From a virus (taxonomy: Duplodnaviria; Heunggongvirae; Uroviricota; Caudoviricetes): a stretch of DNA of 35,026 nt. The notes beneath the pieces are model-generated. The model was not told where the DNA came from. It made no database searches and saw only the letters and a program-made list of their open reading frames with translations. The translations under genes were made by a program, and so were the position numbers. Numbering within the stretch: the stretch's first letter is position 1; each line of letters opens with the position of its first letter. Shown piece by piece: positions 7,997 through 14,458 of this stretch. Location: positions 1 through 35,026 of IMG/VR virus record IMGVR_UViG_2698536657_000017. One strand, 5' to 3'.

Positions 7997-8656
7997 TTAA
8001 ATTTGCATACGCATCTCAACGACAACACCAATAATTTCACAATCCCCATTGATGGGGATCAGTGGATAGCGTGGGTTTAGTGGCTTTAGGAAACATTGCC
8101 CAGCGTCTTCTATGTACTGTTTAAGGGTTGCCTCTCCGGAGTTTTTGAGCCTGGCGACGACATATTTTCCTGAAAAAACTTCTTTGTCAGGGTTAACAAG
8201 AATGTTCATGCCTTCAAAAATAGAGAACTCTCCATTCTGTGATGTCATTGAGTCCCCTTTCACTTCCAGCCAGAAGCCGTGATCGCCCGCATATATATCG
8301 CTACCAATCCATTCTTCTGGATAAGCTATGTAATCTTCGCAGTTCCAGGGGCCAGCACTCACCCATGTTAGTTTCGGATATCTATAACGGTTTGGAGAAA
8401 CTGGCTTAGGATTTCGGACGTTTTGAATGCTATCTGTAGGTGATGGGGCGCTGCCGTCAAGAAGCCATTTAGGAGAGCATTTCAATGCATCCGCGATTCT
8501 AAATAGGTTTGAAGATCTTGTGTCTTGTGAGTCTCCTAACTCTATTTTGCTGATTGTTACACGCGAGACACCAGTCAATTTTGCCAGGTCATCTTGTGAC
8601 ATTCCTAGCTGTACTCTGCGCATTAACAGTCTGCCACCAAAGCTATCGTGATCCAT
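7997..8656 (-). CDS. cI: cI-type prophage repressor, HTH plus S24/LexA-like autopeptidase (219 aa)
   Basis: N-terminal HTH (MSQDDLAKLTGVSRVTISKIELG). Probable Ala-Gly cleavage site (VSAGPW). Ser-Lys dyad context (KGDSMT ... VVARLK). I chose the start MDHDSF because of a strong AAGGGGGAG RBS, and because the longer track ORF would cover the operators. Confidence 0.9.
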   Translation of the reverse strand: MDHDSFGGRLLMRRVQLGMSQDDLAKLTGVSRVTISKIELGDSQDTRSSNLFRIADALKCSPKWLLDGSAPSPTDSIQNVRNPKPVSPNRYRYPKLTWVSAGPWNCEDYIAYPEEWIGSDIYAGDHGFWLEVKGDSMTSQNGEFSIFEGMNILVNPDKEVFSGKYVVARLKNSGEATLKQYIEDAGQCFLKPLNPRYPLIPINGDCEIIGVVVEMRMQI

Positions 8657-8672
8657 CTTCTCCCCCTTCTTG

Positions 8673-8760
8673 TCGAAATAATCGTTTCGAAACAAATATA
8701 GCAAAAAATCTTGAAATCTAGGTTTCGGAAAATTAAGATTAATCGAAACAAACGTGTCGA
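8673..8760. promoter_or_regulatory. OR: three operator-like palindromes (consensus TCGAAA-N6-TTTCGA) at 8673-8690, 8711-8728 and 8743-8760
   Basis: TCGAAAtaatcgTTTCGA, TTGAAAtctaggTTTCGG and TCGAAAcaaacgTGTCGA lie in the divergent cI/cro intergenic region. Confidence 0.55.
8711..8739 (+). promoter_or_regulatory. PR-like promoter (TTGAAA-17-TAAGAT)
   Basis: -35 at 8711-8716 (inside the middle operator), 17-nt spacer, -10 at 8734-8739. It lies about 30 nt upstream of the cro-like start. Confidence 0.45.
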
Positions 8761-8767
8761 GGTGGAT

Positions 8768-8977
8768 ATGGATTTGTATGAAATTCTAAAAAACATGTTT
8801 GGATCGAATGTTGAAATAGGTCGTTATTTTCCCCGAAGGGGAAGGGCTAGAACCGGACAGGCTGTAGGTAAGTGGAAAACCCGAGGTGTGCCGGAAGACG
8901 TGGCGATCCTTTGTCATCTGGATCCCAAAATTCCTTATCAGCATCCGTCGCTCATGAATGCCAGTCATGAATCGTGA
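8768..8977 (+). CDS. cro: Cro/YdaS-like small DNA-binding regulator (69 aa)
   Basis: The start MDLYEILKNMF has a GAGG RBS. It is divergent from cI. The segment TGQAVGKWKTRGVPEDVAILCH resembles the YdaS/Cro-family HTH from memory. Confidence 0.7.
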   Translation: MDLYEILKNMFGSNVEIGRYFPRRGRARTGQAVGKWKTRGVPEDVAILCHLDPKIPYQHPSLMNASHES

Positions 8978-8995
8978 TGTTCTGCCGGAGGCTGT

Positions 8996-9289
8996 ATGTC
9001 CCCTGATTACGTTCAGATGGAGATGCCTGCCAGGTACAGCCAGGCAGATTCAGAGTGGATTAAGCGGCAGTTACAGAGCCTGCCTTCCTCACTGAGACAG
9101 AAGGTTGCCCTGAAATACGCGGAGGTTTACGAAGTTACTTTTGATTCCGAGCCTGTTTCATTCCGTAAGGAGAACAGAGCGAGGCATGAAGCCAATGTAC
9201 GGCTGCGCAGGTTCGTTGAAACACACGGGCGTGCATTACAGGGGTATACGACTCAGCCGCCCCTGGCAGGAACGCAACAGCGTACCTGA
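8996..9289 (+). CDS. Hypothetical protein in the cII position (97 aa)
   Basis: GGAGG RBS and a clean ORF. No recognisable CII or HTH motif. Confidence 0.55.
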   Translation: MSPDYVQMEMPARYSQADSEWIKRQLQSLPSSLRQKVALKYAEVYEVTFDSEPVSFRKENRARHEANVRLRRFVETHGRALQGYTTQPPLAGTQQRT

Positions 9290-9531
9290 ATGGTGTTGGT
9301 CTTAAAGGTGACCGACGGGCTGAGACCCCACTTCTCAGGATGCACCTGTGTACTACCAAGCTAGTGCATAAGTTGAGAGGGGGGGTAAGGGGGGGAGTGC
9401 CCGTGTGTTAGTGCGAAGCACTGGAACGGGATCTTCCAACAGACGGGTACAGAGGTTAGGTAGATCTCGATCTAAAGGGGCATCCCTGAAAAAACGGACG
9501 TATCAGCAAACTAGTACATCATGGTTAAAAT

Positions 9532-9900
9532 ATGAGAGCTGAACTGAAACAGGTACTAATCAACCTTCTGGAAGAGGAATTCGGACATGGAATGGACAAG
9601 GTCACATTCGACTACGTTCTGCAAAAGAAAATCAAATCTCTGGGCTGTGAGTTGCAACGCTGTTTCACTGTCAGGCTGAAAGGTGATCGCAGGGGATTTA
9701 TCGATCTTCTGGTTATTTCTCCCGATGGTCAGCGTTGCGCAGTTGAGGTGGATAACCGATCGCCCCGTCAGCGTTCACTGATGAAAATTCGAGCGCTTCC
9801 TGAAGGCATTTCGGGATTTGTTTTTCTCCGTGATGGCAAACATCCACAGCGTTATATCGCCGATGGTGTGGATGTCATCCGGGCGACCCGGTTTAAGTAA
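9532..9900 (+). CDS. Small PD-(D/E)XK-like (DUF559/Vsr-like) nuclease-fold protein (122 aa)
   Basis: The motif GFIDLLVISPDGQRCAVEVDNRSPRQRSLMK fits a D...E-x-D/K restriction-endonuclease-like core. The RBS is weak, so the start is uncertain. Confidence 0.55.
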   Translation: MRAELKQVLINLLEEEFGHGMDKVTFDYVLQKKIKSLGCELQRCFTVRLKGDRRGFIDLLVISPDGQRCAVEVDNRSPRQRSLMKIRALPEGISGFVFLRDGKHPQRYIADGVDVIRATRFK

Positions 9901-9933
9901 TCACTGTATCAGCCCTGTCATCGGGAGAATACC

Positions 9934-11592
9934 ATGCTGAATATCAAGCCGAATTTTGCTCAGGAACGTGCGCTGAATATGTTGCGTCATGACTGGAAAA
10001 CATATCAGTCCTTCATGATGTACATGCCTACAGGGAGTGGTAAAACCGGCCTGGCGGCGTTCATCACTGCTGGTCTGGTAAGCCGTGGCATGCGCGTTCT
10101 GTTTGTCGTTCCTTATACCATTTTGATCAACCAGACAGCACAGCGCTTTGTTCAGTACGGGCTTTCCGGGGATGAAATCAGCTTTATCTGGCGTGATCAT
10201 CCCAATAACGACCCGTCACGACTGATTCAGATTGCCAGTGCGGATACGCTGATTCGCCGTGATTTTCCTCAGAATATCGACCTGCTGATTATTGATGAAG
10301 CTCATCTCCGTAAGCGCCGCATCCTCACGGAAATCGAACGACTGGTTGCAGAGGGAAATGTGAAGGTGATTGGGTTGTCCGGTACACCCTTTTCATCGTT
10401 CCTGGGGCGTTATTACCAGCGTCTTCTCAAGCCGACCACTATAGGGGAACTGATCCAGCGTGGCGAACTGAGCAATTACGAATTTTATGCGCCCACGAAA
10501 CCGGATCTGGAAGGTGTAAAAACGAAAGTCTCAATGGAGTACGGCAGGGATTACGACGAATCACAACTGGCAGAGATTATGTGCGGCGCGGATCTGGTTG
10601 GCGATATTGTCGATAACTGGCTGTGTAACGGAAGGGATTTACCGACAGTGGCGTTCTGCGTCAATAAAACGCATGCCAGCTTCGTGACCATGCAGTTCAA
10701 CAAAGCCGGAATTAACGCAGAGGTGATGGTTGCTGAAACGCCACATGATGAGCGTCAGTTAATGATCAGTCGTTTTGAAACGGGAGCGACGAAAATCATT
10801 GTCAGCGTTGGCGTTCTGGTGGCGGGATTTGACAGTGATGTCCGGTGCATCATTTACGCACGCCCGACAAAATCAGAGATTCGCTGGCTTCAGGCGATTG
10901 GGAGAGGATTGCGTACAGCGCCAGGCAAGGAGTCATGCCTGATTTTCGACCATTCCGGTACGGTTCATCGCCTGGGATTTCCTGAAAATATTGAGTATGA
11001 CGAACTGCCCGGCAAAAACGACGGGATGCAGGTGTCATCATCACGTGGTAACGAAATTCGGGAAGAAAAACTGCCGAAAGAATGTCCGGGGTGTCATTTC
11101 ATGAAACCGGCAGGTGTTTATGTCTGTCCGAAATGCGGATTTAAACCGCTGGCTGGTGAGGATGTGAACACAGATACCCGCCGCAATATCAGGAAACTCA
11201 GCAAGGACGAAAAAATTTACACCAAAAGCGACAAACAGGCCTGGTGGAGTCAGATCAAATTCTATCAGCGTCAGCGTGCCTCTCTGGGGCGACCGGTCAG
11301 CGATGGATGGTGCGCTCACACTTTCCGGGAGAAGTTCGGCGAATGGCCTGACGGGCTGAGCAGTTTTCCGATGGAAATCACCCCGGAGGTCAGTAATTAC
11401 ATCAGACACAAATTCATCCGGTTTGCCAGAGGGCGTAGCCGGGCAGAGAAGATGACGGAAAAATCCCCCGAAGCGCTTTCTCTGTCCCTGCTTCATGGTG
11501 TCCGGTCTGGGGTGCCGGAAGGCAGTGAGTCGTGGCAGATCATGCAGGCAAAGCAACAACTTCAGAAAAACAGAAACAGTCTGAGTCAGTAA
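9934..11592 (+). CDS. SF2 DEAD/DEAH-box replicative helicase (552 aa) with a C-terminal CxxC...CxxC zinc ribbon
   Basis: Walker A MPTGSGKT, motif II IIDEAH, motif III SGTP, motif VI QAIGRGLR. Zinc ribbon CPGCHFMKPAGVYVCPKCG. GGAG RBS. Confidence 0.9.
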   Translation: MLNIKPNFAQERALNMLRHDWKTYQSFMMYMPTGSGKTGLAAFITAGLVSRGMRVLFVVPYTILINQTAQRFVQYGLSGDEISFIWRDHPNNDPSRLIQIASADTLIRRDFPQNIDLLIIDEAHLRKRRILTEIERLVAEGNVKVIGLSGTPFSSFLGRYYQRLLKPTTIGELIQRGELSNYEFYAPTKPDLEGVKTKVSMEYGRDYDESQLAEIMCGADLVGDIVDNWLCNGRDLPTVAFCVNKTHASFVTMQFNKAGINAEVMVAETPHDERQLMISRFETGATKIIVSVGVLVAGFDSDVRCIIYARPTKSEIRWLQAIGRGLRTAPGKESCLIFDHSGTVHRLGFPENIEYDELPGKNDGMQVSSSRGNEIREEKLPKECPGCHFMKPAGVYVCPKCGFKPLAGEDVNTDTRRNIRKLSKDEKIYTKSDKQAWWSQIKFYQRQRASLGRPVSDGWCAHTFREKFGEWPDGLSSFPMEITPEVSNYIRHKFIRFARGRSRAEKMTEKSPEALSLSLLHGVRSGVPEGSESWQIMQAKQQLQKNRNSLSQ

Positions 11593-11593
11593 G

Positions 11594-12562
11594 ATGAAAA
11601 CAGCAGAAGCAGCGAAAGGCCACTGGCCTGAAATTTTAAAACATTACGGACTGCCGCCAGTCACGGGTAAAAAGCACTTCAAAGGGGAATGTCCGGTTTG
11701 TGGTGCCAGAGGTAAGTTCCGTATTGATGACCGTGATGGCACCGGAACGTGGATCTGTGTTTGTGGTAGCGGTGACGGCATGAAACTGATCGCTCTGACA
11801 CAAAAAAGAGCGTTTCATGAAATTTGCGCTGAAATAGACCGCATCACGGGGAATGAATACCGGAGAGATAAACCGCCTGTGATCTGTACGTCGGAAAGCC
11901 TGAGATCGCGCATTCAGCGTCGATTTTCAGCGCTCACGTCGCTACAGGGAACATCTGGTGCTGAATATCTTCGTTCCCGTGGCATATTCAGTCTTCCGGT
12001 TGAGGGAGTTCGCTTCAACAGCCAGCAAAATTATAACGGGCGCATGTTCCAGTCTCTTTATGCCCTGGCGACCGACGACAAGGGAGAACTGTGTTACCTG
12101 CATCAGACATTGCTTGATGGAGCTAAAAAAGCAGACATTGGTATCAGCGCCAGAAGGCTCAAATCTTTACAGGACGATAACTATCTGGACCATGCCCGGT
12201 CAGTTGCTATCAGGATGTTTCCGGTAGCCAGTACACTGGGTATAGCTGAAGGTATCGAAACCGCGTTGTCCGCACATCAGATTTACAAAGTAAATACCTG
12301 GGCAACCATTAACAGTGGTTTTATGAAAAAGTTCCGCGTACCGGCGGGAGTCACCCATCTGATTATTTTTGCCGATCGCGATGAATACAGTGCTACCGGA
12401 ATGGCTGCGGCCTGTGAATGCGCACATGCAAATCTCCAGGCCCGAAATGACATTCAGCGGGTAAGTGTCCGGTGGCCTGATCATGATGATTTCAACAATA
12501 TGCTCATGAACGGCGATCAGGTTCGGGAACTGGTTTTTTACAGAAAAAAGGCGGTTGCGTGA
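11594..12562 (+). CDS. Phage/P4-type primase: zinc-binding domain plus Toprim (322 aa)
   Basis: N-terminal HWPEILKHYGLP...GECPVCGARGKFRIDDRDGTGTWICVCG is typical of primase zinc-binding domains. Toprim-like acidic motifs (GIAEGIETALS, IIFADRDE) follow. It is adjacent to the helicase. Confidence 0.85.
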   Translation: MKTAEAAKGHWPEILKHYGLPPVTGKKHFKGECPVCGARGKFRIDDRDGTGTWICVCGSGDGMKLIALTQKRAFHEICAEIDRITGNEYRRDKPPVICTSESLRSRIQRRFSALTSLQGTSGAEYLRSRGIFSLPVEGVRFNSQQNYNGRMFQSLYALATDDKGELCYLHQTLLDGAKKADIGISARRLKSLQDDNYLDHARSVAIRMFPVASTLGIAEGIETALSAHQIYKVNTWATINSGFMKKFRVPAGVTHLIIFADRDEYSATGMAAACECAHANLQARNDIQRVSVRWPDHDDFNNMLMNGDQVRELVFYRKKAVA

Positions 12563-13425
12563 TGCGTACGGACAATCAGGTACATAAAGCTTTATTCACT
12601 ATCCCGACGGCAGCGTACAGCGCCGTTCCGGCAAATATCAAACCTCTGCCAGAACAAAGGAGGATCACCGGACATAAACAGACAGATGCTTATCTCTGGA
12701 TTCTGGAGGTTATTCACCTGAACGAGGCCGTACATCTGGACGCAGCCGAAGCAGCACTGGAGAAACTCAAAATAACGCCGGAAGAAGCGAGTGAACGGTA
12801 TGGACGTTATTTGCAGGAGATTAATGTTGATCCTTTCCAGATTGCTTTCGCAACCATAGGCATAGATAACCCGGCGCAGGCGATCAGGAATGCCCGTGAG
12901 AATATCAAAAAAGCCGCATCAGTCAGGGCCACATTTGGCAGCTATGAGGCAGCACTCGATGATGTGGAGGCTGAGCGGATAATTCGCACCTCCCCGAAAT
13001 TTATCGACGATTACTACTGGGGCTGGACTGCGGCAGAGAAAAAAGCCGGAAGTATTGACGGTGTTCGCTCAAATGAAATTGATGATCAGCGTCGTGCATA
13101 TGTTGATGGCTATCGTGATGTACTGCCAGAGCCTCATACATTGTCAGACGTTGTTCGTGAGTTTATTTACTGGGACTGGCTTTATGAGATGCGCCAGACA
13201 GCGGGGAGAGAAACAGGGGACAAATACGGTTTCACAGGTGAACATCATGAGTCAGTATATGATCGGCAGTTCTGGCTCGAAAATTTGCTGGGAAAAATAA
13301 AGCCTGTGACGCGTGATGAAGCGGTTGAAGTGTGTCGCTGGTTTCTGGCAAGCGGAAAAGATGAGTACATGGAAGACAATGGTTCAGCGGTCATTCTCAA
13401 TCTGGTTGGGGAGTGTGAGCAATGA
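12562..13425 (+). CDS. Hypothetical protein (287 aa)
   Basis: The ATG overlaps the primase stop (TGATG). It is a long clean ORF between the replication genes and Q, which is the nin-region position. No family recognised. Confidence 0.65.
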   Translation: MRTDNQVHKALFTIPTAAYSAVPANIKPLPEQRRITGHKQTDAYLWILEVIHLNEAVHLDAAEAALEKLKITPEEASERYGRYLQEINVDPFQIAFATIGIDNPAQAIRNARENIKKAASVRATFGSYEAALDDVEAERIIRTSPKFIDDYYWGWTAAEKKAGSIDGVRSNEIDDQRRAYVDGYRDVLPEPHTLSDVVREFIYWDWLYEMRQTAGRETGDKYGFTGEHHESVYDRQFWLENLLGKIKPVTRDEAVEVCRWFLASGKDEYMEDNGSAVILNLVGECEQ

Positions 13426-13503
13426 AGCCGGAGATATCCAGTAGACATTTTCCCCCTGAGCATTCAAATCAGAAAAAGTATGGTTACAGCGGAGTACAGA
13501 ATA

Positions 13504-13929
13504 ATGCGTGATATCCAACAGGTTCTGTCCCGATGGGGTGCATGGGTGGTAAATAATCATGAGAGTGTGGCATGGTCCGGCGTCGCTGCCGGATTTAAGG
13601 GAGTGATCCCATCAAAGGTTAAATCACGGCCTCAGTGTACCGATGATGATGCGCTGATTATCAGCAATTGCATGGCGCAACTGAACGTCAACAACAGCGA
13701 TTTGCATGATTTTCTGTATGATTATTATGTGTTCGGGATGACGCTTATGGGACTGGGCCGTAAGCATGAGCGCTCTGATTGCTGGGCCGGGCGGGTACTG
13801 CAAAAAGCTGAAGGTGTTATTGAGGGGATGTTGATTATGCAGGGAATAAAACTGGAAATGGACAGATACGTTGAGCGTGAACGATCAGGGGCACAGGTCA
13901 GTCAGTTTTCCGGACATACGGGAAATTGA
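13504..13929 (+). CDS. Q: Late-gene antiterminator Q, phage 82/21 (QuuD-like) type (141 aa)
   Basis: [60 protein letters not shown] matches my memory of Q82/QuuD-family proteins. I preferred this start over 13480 because GGAG lies upstream of it. Confidence 0.85.
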   Translation: MRDIQQVLSRWGAWVVNNHESVAWSGVAAGFKGVIPSKVKSRPQCTDDDALIISNCMAQLNVNNSDLHDFLYDYYVFGMTLMGLGRKHERSDCWAGRVLQKAEGVIEGMLIMQGIKLEMDRYVERERSGAQVSQFSGHTGN

Positions 13930-13953
13930 AAGCGCGGGGTTTTACTGTAGAAT
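13926..13953 (+). promoter_or_regulatory. Sigma70 promoter (TTGAAA-16-TAGAAT), most likely the hok mRNA promoter
   Basis: -35 at 13926-13931 (overlapping the Q stop codon) and -10 at 13948-13953. The predicted start at about 13961 coincides with GGTGCTTGAGG, which resembles the conserved 5' end of hok-family mRNAs. Confidence 0.55.
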
Positions 13954-14019
13954 GACTGCGGGTGCTTGAGGGTGTCTGCCTCGGGCATGCTGCCGTAAGG
14001 CAGACGGAGAAAAGCCCCA

Positions 14020-14080
14020 GTTAACATTACGCGTCCTGCAAGACGCTTAACATTAATCTGAGGCCAATTTCATGCTGAAC
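14020..14080 (-). ncRNA. sok: Sok-like antisense RNA (boundaries approximate)
   Basis: Minus-strand promoter TTGCCT-17-TAACCT (-35 at 14110-14115, -10 at 14087-14092) points into the hok leader. The transcript would be complementary to the upstream in-frame ATG (14072) region. It contains the hairpin GCGTC-N6-GACGC (14031-14046). Confidence 0.4.
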
Positions 14081-14128
14081 ACATGTAGGTTAGCCTCTTA
14101 CGTGCCGAAAGGCAAGGAGAAGCAGGCT

Positions 14129-14284
14129 ATGAAGCAGCAAAAGGCGATGTTAATCGCCCTGATCGTCATCTGTTTAACCGTCATTCTGACGGTACTGGTA
14201 GCGAGGAAAGACCTCTGCGATGTACGAATCCGAACCGGCCAGACGGAGGTCGCTGTCTTCGTAGACTACGAATCTGAGAAGTAA
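14129..14284 (+). CDS. hok: Hok/Gef-family type I toxin, HokD/RelF-like (51 aa)
   Basis: MKQQKAMLIALIVICLTVILTVLVARKDLCDVRIRTGQTEVAVFVDYESEK is near-identical in pattern to RelF/HokD as I remember it. AAGGAG RBS. The upstream leader resembles the hok mRNA fold-back elements. An in-frame upstream ATG at 14072 occupies the mok position. Confidence 0.9.
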   Translation: MKQQKAMLIALIVICLTVILTVLVARKDLCDVRIRTGQTEVAVFVDYESEK

Positions 14285-14458
14285 GAGACCTGGCGGGGGA
14301 GTAATCTCCCGCCCCCTCTGATGTGTCAGGCATCCTCAACGCACCCGTACTTTAGTTGTCATATGCTCCGCAAAATGCAGGTTGTCGTTGCAACCCGTGC
14401 GGTAATTTTTTGTGTGCGAGTGCTCAAAAAACGTTGATTTTCATAAAAGGACGATTTT

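Noticed and set aside
9135-9359. 74-aa minus-strand ORF spanning the end of the cII-position gene and the non-coding island
   Set aside because: It has no RBS, is antisense to a better-supported gene, and gives an Arg/Pro/Ala-rich shadow-type translation.
11041-11559. 172-aa minus-strand ORF inside the helicase gene, and similar shadow ORFs inside primase, nanS-p, terL, portal and capsid genes
   Set aside because: Each overlaps a motif-supported plus-strand gene completely, with no independent signals.
13926-13953. Calling the TTGAAA-16-TAGAAT promoter right after Q the Q-dependent late promoter PR'
   Set aside because: Its predicted transcript start coincides with the conserved 5' element of the hok mRNA, so the simplest call is the hok promoter. 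I cannot exclude a dual role. The promoter-terminator units at 18.4-18.9 kb are better placed to feed nanS-p and the lysis genes.
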